A stretch of DNA of 64,000 nt from Octopus vulgaris. Its lineage: Eukaryota. Below the pieces are notes generated by a model. That model did no database searches, was not told the DNA's origin, and saw only the letters and a list, made by a program, of their open reading frames with translations. The stretch lies in assembly GCA_951406725.2 (NCBI GenBank), contig OX597814.1:120900001-120964000 (forward strand). Reading direction: 5' to 3'. Shown piece by piece: positions 51,033 to 64,000 of the stretch (within the stretch, counting starts at the first letter, position 1; the number at the start of each line of letters is the position of its first letter). The translations under genes were made by a program, and so were the position numbers.

Positions 51033-52463
51033 ATGGATTATATACTGAGGTCAGTGATGGGTTAAGCCTAAAAGCAGGGATTCATGAGCGCGAAGATACT
51101 TTTGTTGAGAAGTTAAGTATCATTATATTCTGATAAATGGACAATCAGAAGCGGAGAGAATGTGTTTAAGTGTTAAACATAAAAGCAATTTAAATATTGA
51201 AAGTGTTATTGGATTTAGTGTCAAGAGGTAAATAAATGGAATGTATTATTCGCCAGGTAAAAACTAATTCAGTTAAAATATTCATTATTTAGCAGGTGTT
51301 TGTCGAAATTACAGCATTTTTTAAATGCTTTCGAGTCAAATTTACATTATTATGAAGAATTTTAGAAAAAACCTCTTTTCAGTTACATACGACACAAAAT
51401 ACTATCTTCATTTTCTGCAGAGTCTGGAACTCTCGAGGATCTTCGAATTGATATTGAAATCAATATCTTGTACCTATTTCTTTTACGAAGGTTAAACCAA
51501 ACGAAGTAGAATGGAAGTAAGAAAGATGATTGATTTTTTTTGGTGTTTTTTAATATCATCTTCCGGCGTAACTATCAGGCGTTTCCACACACACGCATGC
51601 ACACACATACGCACACACACACACACGCACACACACACACTCAAACACGTACACACACGCGCGCGCACAGGCACACATACAAATAGTTAATTTTTTTTTA
51701 GATATATTATACCATAAATCACGGCACTTTTGTTCCATGATTGATCAACTGGTCATGTGTATCTGCCTCTATCCGCTGCTAATCTCAGCTAATTTAGTTG
51801 ATGTATACGTTATTCAGTAGGTATTGTCATATCAAAAGTTGAGGTGTGTATATGTATAAGTTAGTTTCTATAAAACAGTTGTTGGTAACGGTGATTGATT
51901 TGGAAATTCTTATCTATTAATGCTAGAATGTTTTTACTATATTAGAGGGAACTTATAAAAGAAAATATGTGTAAAGCAAGTGATACTGAGGCGTCTATTC
52001 TTAGTATTCAATACCGGGAGTTTACGTGACACCGATGAACCTGCCTTTATATTAAATAGATTTAAGTTGGGTTTGTGGTATTAGGTAATATTTCATTTCT
52101 TGGGTTCATTTATTGTATGACAGCTTGGAGAGTTTCATCTGATATTATCAATCAGGTTTTTAGAGACTATGAGAAGATGTCAGAAGACTGTATTAATACA
52201 TGCGCATTTTTCATTAGTTCACCTTAAGGTTTTGGATATATAAACGGTTACGTTGAAGACAATATCTAATACATTTATGATACTTAGGATAGTGTTGATA
52301 TTTAATTTTTGGTTGCTGAAATATATGTGGTAAAAGAGTTTATGCAATATATTTTCATTGATTTGGTATATGGCGAACTCTTCATCGTTATATCTCTCCC
52401 ATATTTATTTTGATAGGTAATATTTCGTATCATATTATATAATATATGTGTAAGGACTATTTT

Positions 52464-52527
<64 letters not shown>

Positions 52528-52625
52528 AAAGATATAGATATAAATATATATAAATATATATATATAGATAGATAGATAGATAGATAAATATATATAAATA
52601 TATATATATATAGATAGATAGATAA

Positions 52626-52681
<56 letters not shown>

Positions 52682-52729
52682 TTATCTATATATATATATA
52701 TATATATATATAGATAGATAGATAGATAG

Positions 52730-52762
<33 letters not shown>

Positions 52763-52795
52763 GATAAATATATATATATAGATAAATATATATAA

Positions 52796-52881
<86 letters not shown>

Positions 52882-52929
52882 TGTCCATGCAATGTAGATT
52901 TCGATAGGAGTTCATATTTTGTTATTACA

Positions 52930-53480
52930 ATAACAAAATGCACATTCCATTACAGTTTGGGGGAATTTCATCTTACTGATATGTGGAACATAACATCGAT
53001 TGTATACAAGTCACTTGTTCTGAATGTTTTGTAACTGTTCCTGGTAGAAACTGTTTTCCTCTGAGAAGAATAAGTTCATTCCTGGCTCAACGGAATGTCT
53101 CAGAATGTTCAGGGGCTTCTTTACCTTAATCAAGTGCTTCTCTTTGTTCTTATCTGTCACAATCTGTACCTTGCGCTTTTGTACAAATAGTAACAAAGAT
53201 ATTCTTTGAGGGTGAAATTTATGCTGGTGACTGCAAAATATATCTCGCTCACCAAAACCGTAATTCCCTTGCTCGTATATTCCTTCATGCTTCTTTGCAC
53301 TACTCGGAAGAATTCAGGCGTGCGGGACGACGCAGAACGCCTGTTATGTGACGTAGTGCTGGCTACGGCTTGCGTGGATGTTGTCCGTGTCTCTCTTACA
53401 TTTACAGTACTCACACAGCTTTGTGCCGCAGTCAAGATCTCGTGGTGATGATATCAGATGCAAATTATCTTGATACACGC
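52930..53480 (-). mobile_element. Degraded maT/DD37D-like Tc1/mariner transposase fragment
   Basis: HNRRSASSRTPEF..VQ...LKEYLCYYLYK/RKVQIVTDKNKEKHL.K.KKPLNILRH.VEPGMNLFFSEENSF.QEQ..N.QNK...VP...KMKFPQTVM, matching the FFSDEKNF and TKFP.TVM pattern. Confidence 0.7.
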
Positions 53481-55261
53481 AACTGTTTTCCAATATTAAC
53501 CTAGCATTCAGTCCCCCGTATCAGCTAACTTTTGCTCAGCCATAACTTCAAGTTTCTGTTATCGAACATAATGGAATGTTCAACAATCCCTCATGAAATG
53601 GCAGATGTCGTGTCAATATCTCATATATTTATATTCATAAAACATATAAAGAAACACAAGGACACGATGGAGCATAAATCACAGAAGATCGTTGAAAATT
53701 CTATTATGGAGCGTTCATAATAGTCCCGATGTAAAAAGATAGACGCGAATAAGAGGCAGAATTTAAGTCTTCAGTCCCGATATGACAATTTGGTTGATAG
53801 AAGAAAGAGATCACAGATAGAATTCGTAAATGAAAAATGAAAAGAAAGGAAAACTTATGCAGTGCCTCTTTCATAAATTGTAGCATAATTCTTGCAGTTC
53901 TCTACATCAAACCAATTCAGAATGAGTTTTTGATATATTCCGGCATGTGTTTCCTTGAGCATTTCTCAAAAGAAAAGGTACTACACAGTATACTTTATGC
54001 TATGACAAGCATCTCTGCTGTTTCTAAGAAGTACTATACGGAAATGCATTAGAGTAGCTGAAGTAGATCTAGACACAGTTACACTTCTTCTCTGGAAAGT
54101 TTCCTTCTAAGATATTGCCAATATGTAGGTAATTCTAAAATTGAAAGCAAACCAATTAAAATTAAAACCTCTTACATTTGAAACATATGTATTCCCGGAA
54201 GTATTCTTATACTTTTCAAAGACATGTTAATTTTGGTAATACCTGAATAACTGAGATCAGATTTATTGATAGGATAATTACAAGTTACTATTATAATAGA
54301 AGTTACTATTGTGATAATAATTACCACTGTGCAGTAACAAGTAGATAATGAGTTGCCTCTGTTGCAAAATGACAATGGACCATTTTCCTTAAGTGAAAGG
54401 TAGACGTTATTAACATTATACTGATCTATCTTCTTTCCTTACAAAATATAGAAAAGGGTAAAAGAACAGAACTACTTAATATGAAATACATTCTTTTGAA
54501 ATGAAGTCGTGAGACAAATTTGAAAAGCCGTAGCATGTTTTTAAACACTGGGAAGAATCCCATTATTAAAAAGCTTAATAAAGTAGTATTCTAACTAAAT
54601 GAGTGATCAGAAACATTTACGAAACACTGCCACCTAGACGCATAACTAATAAAAGATTATAGTGCATTCAACTATCACGCTCAATGGATCAACACTTCAA
54701 TTTGCATTATATAACGCACAATCATACAGTCAATATTTATTATATTAATCTTATCTTCTCTCATTAATCTTAAAGTTCTGATATCATTACCATTTAAATA
54801 TTTATCAACCGAAGTTCATTTCCATACATCAGAAATTTTAATAATTAATTATTCACCAAAAGCTTTTCCACCTAATCTATTTTAACTTTCGGACTTAAAT
54901 AGCTATAGAAACACAAACTGAATAACAACACAAGAATTACACTTCCTATTTAATTTTATCCGACATTCTTCATGTGCGTCTGCGTACGTAACACAATATT
55001 TTCCTATGCCTGAATAAACTAGAGTGACAGAGGAAATTACTCTGGGGTTTGTCTCAAGCACAAAGTATCATGTTTGGAGTGATTCCAGACAATAGTTATA
55101 AAAATGCTTTAGTGCCCTACTTGCATTTGAAATTCGCTCATCCAGTCACTATCTTCTATCACTATCTTCACGCATGCACAAATGCAAACACACATATTCA
55201 AACATACACACAGACATAATACTGTCACACACGCATATAAACATATAAACATATAAACATA

Positions 55262-55269
55262 TAATAATG

Positions 55270-55300
<31 letters not shown>

Positions 55301-55334
55301 TAATAATAATAGTAATAATAATAATAATAATAAC

Positions 55335-55364
<30 letters not shown>
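55262..55364. repeat. (TAA)n microsatellite
   Basis: Directly visible; left flank of the RLE element. Confidence 0.95.
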
Positions 55365-55365
<1 letters not shown>

Positions 55366-55366
<1 letters not shown>

Positions 55367-56345
55367 CTAATCCTACGTAAGTAATTCTTGCTAGTGAGAT
55401 TTAAGTACGAGGGCGTATTGAGAGCAGAGAGCTAAAAGGAAAACAAAGAAAGAAATACAAAAAGAACACGAAGAACAATATCGCAAGGGATGACTACACA
55501 ATGAATTCCATTTTACAACAACAGAATTTGCTGGAAAAAATGGTTGGGGTCAGCTGATGAAAAGAAACCTAAAGAAGAGAGGGAGAGCACTATACTGGCA
55601 GCGCAAGACCAATCTTTGGCCATGAACTGGAGGGTCAATCTTAGTAACAAGCAAGTGTCTCCGCAGTACCACACCTGCAATAGAGTGGATGAAACCAGCG
55701 CACCTATCATGAACGAATGCCCTAGACTTGCCCCAAACTACTATAATTTGTAGCGATACGACCATGTAGGGAAAGTATTACATTGTAATCTGTGTAACAA
55801 GTGGGGACTAGCGAGAGGCAGGTCGTGGTGTATGCACAAACCGCAGAGAGTGACAGTATGGGAGACTAACAATCTCCTCTGGATTTTCCCAATCCAAACA
55901 GATCAGGTGAAAGTGCATAACAGGCTGGACCTAGTGGTGGTGGTGAAAGTGCCCCACATATGTTATATAGTTGAATATTGCATTCGTCTCTGACACATGA
56001 ATTGTCAAGAAGGAAGGATAATAAATAGATACAACCCTATTAATTACGAAATAGGCTGTCTACGGAAAATGAATTAGGTGAAGATAGGACTAATAATTGT
56101 TGCGTCCTTGGGAAGAGTATCAGAAAGTACCAAGTGGAATATAAAGGAAATTGGAATAGAGTGCCCGGTAGAATTGTTACAAAAGGTTTGCCACTTTGGT
56201 ATGACTACAATGATAAGGACAGTTTTAGATAGTTGAAGAGAACGAATAGCATGGTCCCGTAGGCTGCAGGTAGTAAGCTTCCTACGCAAGTAAGGCTACA
56301 TGAGCTCCAACACAACCTGTGATAAAGAGAAAATACCAATGATTA
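55366..56345 (+). mobile_element. 5'-truncated, degraded R4/Dong-like non-LTR retrotransposon (zinc knuckle + RLE endonuclease)
   Basis: ESTILAAQDQSLA, decayed CCHC knuckle (ETSAPIMNECPRLA), RYDHVGKVLH, HKPQRV, W/DFPIQTD..HNRLDLVVV, LLQKV; (TAA)n on both sides. Confidence 0.8.
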
Positions 56346-56350
56346 CAATA

Positions 56351-56404
<54 letters not shown>
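56346..56404. repeat. (TAA)n microsatellite
   Basis: Directly visible; right flank of the RLE element. Confidence 0.95.
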
Positions 56405-56407
<3 letters not shown>

Positions 56408-56653
56408 TATATAAAATATAATATTCAAAATTTAAATTATTTAAATAATTTAAATTTTGAATATTATATTTTATATATTTTGTATATTATATTAATTAAA
56501 TTTATTTTTATGTTTTGGTTTATGTTTTTCACTGTTTGATTTGCCTAATAGTGGTTTTATCTCTAATTTATATATATATATATTTATACTGTAAAATTAG
56601 ATTTAATCATAAATCTAATTTTTCCCTGTAAGTTTGGATTTACTCCCTAATAT

Positions 56654-56697
<44 letters not shown>

Positions 56698-57094
56698 GAC
56701 TGTCTCGTAAGAAACTTACATCCCAACTACCGGGTCCGTGCTGTATTCCAAATTTCTTTTGGGTACCCCGCTCGAAAGAGATAGATAGATAGATAGATAT
56801 ATTAGAGAGAGAGAGAGAGAGAAAGAGAGAGGGGAGAAGGAGGAGGAGGAAAGGGAGAGAGCGAGAAATGTTAACAGAAAGATAGACTTTAGTCAGCCAG
56901 CCAGACAGACAGATAGATAGATAGATAGAAAACTATATAGATAATTATGTAGACACATATATTAATAAATAAATATATAGGTATACATATATACATACAT
57001 ACACACATAAATGCATACATAGATAGATATTCATAGGTGCGTATGAATGCATATACTCATAAACATAAACACACATATACATATACAAATAAAT

Positions 57095-57660
57095 CAGGTC
57101 ATTAAGTATGAAATGTCTGATTTTGAACTGAAAGTTCATTTCACTTTATCTCAAGAAAAAAACAAAGCATTTAATCAAAGTATGCACCTAAATTATCAAC
57201 ACAATTTTGGCATTTTATCAGAAGCTTCTTTATGCCAGCAGCGCAAACGTCTGGAGAGCAAGAAATAGAGAGATCACGAAACGCTGTTTTTGCTTTTTCT
57301 TCAGTTTTTGCCTTGCAAACTGTTGTCTGGTGCTTGGAAACCGTGATAGTGATGTGGTGCAAAGTCTGGTGAATATGGTGGGATGACAGAGTACTTCCAT
57401 GTTCGTTCCTGTAACTTGAGTAGCGTTCTACGAGGAACATGTGGTCGAGCATTGTCTTGCAAGAGAACTGGACTGTCACTATTAACCAGTCTCGGTTGTT
57501 TATTTGCAAGTTGACTCTTCATTTCATCCAAGTGATTTTTGTATACCACGGGTGTAATTGACTTACCAGTTCTCATGAAGCTGGATTGGATGACACTAAC
57601 GCTGGACCACCAAGGCGTCATTAGCTTCTTTTGAATATACACTTTTGAATTGTTAGCATA
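57095..57660 (-). mobile_element. Mariner transposase C-terminal remnant with probable TIR
   Basis: SPVLLQDNARPHV...PPYSPDFAP.HYH.FQ..DNSLQGK (DNA.PH and YSPDLAP motifs of DD34D). Confidence 0.8.
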
Positions 57661-57832
57661 GAACATTAGAGATAACGAATGTCAAATATACTGCATAAGA
57701 AAATTGGAAATTTCATTCTTAATGACAATATGTCAAAAAAAAAATTCAGTAAACTAAGATATATTCATAGCTTCTTAACTCGACAGCTGTTTCACGAAGC
57801 AGAAAATTAAATGTTATTCAAATATTGGGATC

Positions 57833-57867
<35 letters not shown>

Positions 57868-58248
57868 CGATGCTGCTGCTGCTGATGATGATGATTGATG
57901 ATGATTAACAAATACCGCAAATTATATTTTTCTTGATTTTAGAAGGTTTGCGGTAATGTGTCTGAAATTTCTCTGAACGTATACACTTTCTGCGTAATTT
58001 TTGTTACTTCCTCCTTCAAAACAGGTTTTGGAAAATGATAATTGCTCTTTGCATGTATTAGTTGTGATCTTTCTGAGTGGCCTTTATTGATATAAGAAAT
58101 CTAGCTATCTCAATAGGTATTAGAGGGACGAATATGAAAAAAAAACTTAAAGAAAAGGAATTATATGACATTACACTGTGGTAAGCAGACTGTTTACTTG
58201 CGATGTATGTTTCTGCACATAAACACACACAAACACACACACACACAC

Positions 58249-58313
<65 letters not shown>

Positions 58314-60730
58314 CATGTATTTCTACGCATATATATATATGTGTGTGTGTGTTTGTACAGTTTTCTGCTTATTCTATGACAAATGGTATCTTGATTCATT
58401 GATATTTGTTCTGTCCTTCAGGCAAATCTATGATTAGCCATTATGCTTACCAGTTCAAAAAGTTCTTGTGTAGTTCCATCTGCCATGTGCACCGCATTCT
58501 ATTCTTTTATTTTCAATAATTCCATTATGTACATTTTTAGAAATATATGTATGCACGTATGCATGTGTGTGTATATAGACATATATATATATACATGAAT
58601 ATATTCATAAATATATACATATATATATTCATATATATAGATAGATATACATATATATATATATATGCATATTTACATATGTACAAGTATATTTAAATGC
58701 ACATGTATACATTCTCACATACACACACATATATAGGTCTTATTTGTATGTATTTGTGTGTATATGCATATGCACGCGCATGTGTGTATGGGTGTGTGTG
58801 CGTTCGTGTGTGTGTGTCTGTGTGTGAGGGTGTATATAAATGTTAATTTTGAACAATATGCACATTCGCAAACATATACGAGCATACATTAACAAGCATC
58901 TGTTTAGCAAAACAAACATACGAACAATATACAAAAATACTATCTATTCCCATTTTCACGCTACATCGATTAATATGTTTTGCTATGCTTTTAATACTTT
59001 TTTCCTTTTTTTGTTTTGTCTTCATTATTTTTGTTGAAATCGAATGATTGTCAGGCCTTGCTACAGACTATGCATAGCTTTTGGTATAGACATAAACAGT
59101 ATATAAAAACTTGTTCAATATATAACAGAAAAAATATCATTCCCTTTATTTTCTCACTTCATCTTCTCATATAGTCTCTTATATATATATATTTATGTGT
59201 GTGTGTCTGTGTATGTATGTATGCATCTATGTATGTATTTTCTGTATGTACACGAATTTCCTTTGTATTTAGCAACGTACGAGATAATTATTTGCTATTG
59301 GTACTCACACGTCGATACAGGATAAAAAATAAATATTCTCAATTATTTCACTGTACAATAGGAACATCATTAGTTTCGCTTAAATAACTAACCTACATAT
59401 ATAGAACAGTATTGTCTCCTTTACACTATAGTTGAATCTTGATATATTCTCCGAAAACTCATATAGATTTTTTTTAACGTTACTCGTTATCGAAAGAATC
59501 GTGTAAAATATTTCAGTTATATTGTGTTACAGCGACATCTTGATATTTTTATTAAACTTACTAAATAATATTCAACTGTTCTTATGCAACTGTAGGAGGT
59601 GTTCAATGTAAATTCATGATAAATATTGTTGAAAATCGTACATAAGCAACTGTATGTCATTTAAATTTACTAGTTTAATTATGTTTAATTAAAATTAAAT
59701 CTAATTTTATTATGATGGCAGTGTATATTACATAAAGGTTTCCAAACCTATTTGAAGTTATATAATATGATCCATACTCTAATTATTCTAACGAGATGAT
59801 ACCGAAAACAAGCTAGAAAATTCTTTACTTCAGTGTATAGTCTAGAAGGTATTTTTTTCTTAACTTTTTTTACATGATTTAGAAAGCACTCAATGTACAG
59901 TATCTCTTGAGTACAGCACACGCTTTTATGCAAGATATGGCGGAAATAATATGGGCTATATCAACTACACTCTTAGGTCAGCAGGAAGTCGTATTGCAAA
60001 TACTAACGGCTGATATCATTTGGAATAAACCAAGGTATATGAAACAAAACAATCTTAGCAAATAAACTTTATATTATTCATTTATTATAAAACATAGAAT
60101 GCCTATATATTTCTACAATATAGATATATTGAAACTAATAAATTGGTTTTCGGTCACACTGTTTCATATCAAAGCATGAGCATTCAACTTCATTTTTGTT
60201 GACAACTGATCATTTCTTCTGTTGTAAATAAGATTAGCGACTGGAAATCAAAAATGTGTTTTAAATTTACCATTGAGGCAGAGGCAGAATACAACCATTT
60301 TCCTTCAGTTTATACTTTTAACACGATAACGTTTTGAACGCAGTATCTAACGTAAAGTCCTTGTCCAACGACAAATATATATAGTCGCAAGAGTTTGTAA
60401 GTTGCTTATCATATAAAAGTGAGAAGAGAATGGTAGCATTGTTATCGTCCATATACATAAAAGGTATGTACATGCATAAGCATGTTTAAAAATATGTACG
60501 TATAAAAAAAAGATGTTTAGTCATATAGTCCGATACATAGAAATGGTCACATATAACAGGTACACAATAACACACAAATATAAGTATATATGTGCATACA
60601 GACATACACATGCAGACATATATGTGTATAGAGACGTATGTACATATGTGTTACCGTAAGAGATGTAAACATGCATACGTATACTACAGCACAAGTATAG
60701 ACTCTCTCTCTCTCTCACTCTCTCTCCCTG

Positions 60731-60773
<43 letters not shown>

Positions 60774-60961
60774 GTTTGTGTGTGTGTGTGTTTGTCTGTG
60801 TCTGTGTCTGTCCTCCCACCATCAGTAGACAACCGATATCTTTGTGTTACCTCTGTAACTTAGCAGTTACATACATAATATATACATACCCATATGCACA
60901 CACACACTCACATATATATAGTATGTATATATGTGTGTGTTTACGTATGTCTGTGTATATT

Positions 60962-61008
<47 letters not shown>

Positions 61009-61974
61009 TGTGTATGTATATAGATATATGCCTATATACATACACACAGACATATATTGGAACAAGGCACCATGGCTTGTCACATATACTCTAAAGAAAC
61101 AAATTTTCGAGTTCACCATTTTTTGTTCAATGTGTTAGTTTTATATTTTCTTGTTCCCAACATATTTTCATTTTATATTACATTCGGTTTTTTCTCCTGA
61201 ATACTAATATTATTTTGTTTTATTGTCTACACGTTTCTCTTATTCCTTTCTCCACTGAACCACAAAAAAAGAAATGGACCAAATGGACACAATAAACCAG
61301 TTACATATTCCTACACTACATTGGGACTCATAAAGACACAGAAACACACAAACACGGGCAGACATCAAGGCACAACAATAGATTCCATCCTGTTATTTCT
61401 GTCTATCTTTTTCTCTAGGGAAGAGGCCATTGACAAGCTATTTATACATCAATATTGATTCCCTTTCAACGAAACATTTCCCATTTACGTATCCGTTAAA
61501 ACGTTCAAAGAATCCACATCACCAGAGCTCTAGTCTGCAAAAAAGAAAAAAAAAAGGAAAACGTATAATAAATAGACGCAGACAAAACTCACTTTTCGAA
61601 TCGAATCAGATCTTTACGCTGCCAAATAGCCTTATGGTAGTGCATTAAATAAAATAAATAACATTTTTGTCTTAAAAAACGTACACTAAATTAAATATAT
61701 TTTGGAAGAGCTTGTTTACTGTCTGAAGAAATGGGCAGCCTAAAGGCGTTATTATCATAAATGATTGCACAAATATGAAGTGTTTGTAAGAAAGGTTTGG
61801 AGAATATATTGCCTGCTTAACAGTAAATAACGTAATTTATGAGACACATAATTATATTTTTTATTCATTATAGTTTTCTACCATATACTGCCATTAACTC
61901 TATATTGAGTCTATCAAAAGTGTTTCCACGTTTAGCTATTAAATTCTACATATCTGTGAGTAAAATGTGTGAAA

Positions 61975-62250
61975 AGTCGGGCTGCATCCGAAAAAATATA
62001 TGCTATGAAACAGAAATAAACACAAAATTTATTACACGAATCTGTTATCACCACGACAGTCAACTATTTGACGCCGAACACGAGTTTGATGTTGAATACA
62101 TCCACAAATTTTTCGCTCAGATAGCTCTTCCCAAGACTGCAAGACGGCTTCGTGCAATACATGCCTCGTTGTAGATTTTTTCAGTTCAACTTTATCGGCC
62201 AAAACTTTGAAAATCCCTCCATATAATGGATTCCACGTGTAAACATGTGT
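61975..62250 (-). mobile_element. Possible Tc1/mariner C-terminal remnant
   Basis: EAVLQSWEELSERKICGCIQHQTRVRRQIV resembles the terminal helices of Tc1-type transposases; short and diverged. Confidence 0.35.
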
Positions 62251-64000
62251 TGAACAGAACTCACTGAATAAATCTTAATTAACTGTGTTGTCAATATTAT
62301 GCACCTGACATATGCTAACGTGTATGCAGCCAGACTTTTCACACAGAGGATAGTATTTATTAAAGTGTTTAAAAGTATAAAACATAAAGAAAGTGTTGCT
62401 GATTCAACATATGATATTAGAATCAAAATGTTTGGCATATGAAGCTTCATATTCAAAACCCTTATTTACCACCGTACACTAAGATGGATCTTTTATTATC
62501 CGGTGATCATTACATGATGTCTTCCTGTTTATTTATATACTCTCAAAATTAAATTACAATTTGAGCATTTCATACTGACGTTTCCAATTATACCCCTCTG
62601 TTTGAAATAACTATACTTTATTTCAAGTCACATCACCATGTACATCACAAGTAAAGCATATCTCAGAAATTAAATGTCGTATATCAACTATTTACATAAT
62701 AACCAGTTACTTTGCTTGCAGTGAACAGAATTTCTGTTCAATGAGACTTTTGTCATAGCGCCAATATTGTTTCCATGTTTACTAATTTCACTCATCGGAT
62801 TAAAGTCATGTTGGACCACCGCTCTGAAGTATTTATAAGTTGAGGAACGCTATCGACGAGACACTCATTTATGTCCATGAAAAAATGAATAAGAAATATT
62901 AATGATTGGTATATATATATATTCTATTCTATAACTTCTATCAAATGGCATAGGAAAAAACTACAAATTTTAATGCACGTGTCTGTGCCGGTGGGAGAGA
63001 AATAGCTGACTGAACAGACGCCAATATTAGGCAGGTATTGCTTTTCATAACATATATGCACCTCATAAGGGCAGCATGCGTAAGCAAACACTTCTTCAGG
63101 CAAATGAGAAATAAAAGTCGCACTCATGCAGTAACCAATAATGGCTCCACAAAATTCATACGGGTGTTTCAAAGTGCACCCGAAATGACTTAACGTCCAT
63201 TTAGCGTGTTTTCTACCTGTTCTCCACTCTCCTCTTTCATCAGATCAAATATGCGTGACTTATGTCTCCAATTTCTGGTCACCGTTTCTTCCGATCCTTG
63301 CCAATACTAGTCCACGTTTGCGATTGCGGGAGCTGTGAATCCACCTTACCCTACCGTACCATTTACCTAATCTAGCTTGCTCCTCGCAGGTGTTTAAATA
63401 TGGCTACTGCATGTTTGTGACTTGTAGTTCTCGTTTATCAGTTCAGTTCGAAGAAATGTTTCCCGATCTAAAGGTGGCATTTGTAGCGTGATCTGAGGTG
63501 TTACTGAATGTTAAAGTATGTTCAACAGATGAAATTACACAGCGCAGTACCAACTTGAGATCCATGTTCTTTACTTTCATTATTGCTGAGTTCCTTATAT
63601 TACGTTATACTTCACCTCAAATATAACTGAATATGTGTAAGTAAAGAATACGCACCAATTTCGAAAAAAAACTTTGTCTTAGTTCTCATATTTCAATTTT
63701 AAATTCACAATGAGTTCACTTCCATTTATATGGAAAAGAAATTCTATTCCACATGATTTCATCGTAGTGAATCAGAATGAGTCATTCGTGAAAAAACATT
63801 CAGCATTAATACGAATGCTTGTTTAGTTGCCGTGAATTATTAGCTTTGTTACAAATGTTTCTATGTATGATATCTCCCTTGGCCATATATTCCAAAGGAA
63901 ATTTGAAGTAAATAGAATTTACAAACATAAATGCATGTTAAAATGTCTATGCTTTAATGAAAAGAAAGATATACAGCATCCATTATTGTTGTTGTGAAGT

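Noticed and set aside
53206-53448. Plus-strand 80-aa ORF as a host exon
   Set aside because: It is antisense to the maT-like transposase remnant.
62924-63600. GC-richer block with short ORFs as a host exon
   Set aside because: No recognisable motif or consistent splice frame; more likely a decayed repeat. Needs BLASTx.

Overview
AT-rich eukaryotic intergenic or intronic DNA packed with (TA)n/(CA)n/(GATA)n microsatellites and interspersed repeats. The repeat families resemble those of octopus or other cephalopod genomes (my recognition, not a database result). I recognise no host gene, and nearly all short ORFs in the track are microsatellite or antisense artefacts. The main feature is two young insertions of a Neptune-type Penelope-like retroelement (PLE) at 35629-38030 and 42566-49507. 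Each is a head-to-head inverted pair, and three of the four outer ends run into (TA)n. The larger copy has an intact two-ORF layout: a ~411-aa coiled-coil/basic ORF1 overlapping an RT + GIY-YIG ORF2 in the -1 frame. A correctly phased U_UUU_UUA slippery heptamer lies in the overlap, and conserved PLE N-terminal motifs lie upstream of ORF2's first ATG, which points to a gag-pol-like programmed frameshift. The element's 3' end carries a minimal hammerhead ribozyme with a compensatory U3:A8 core. Other hammerhead variants occur in older PLE remnants and inside a TIR-flanked element. Also present: several tRNA-derived SINE families, two non-autonomous Helitrons, a decayed 23-aa-repeat (STPR-like) ORF, mariner and maT transposase remnants, a CR1/L2-group LINE fragment, a Dong/R4-like RLE element in a (TAA)n tract, and fold-back MITEs.
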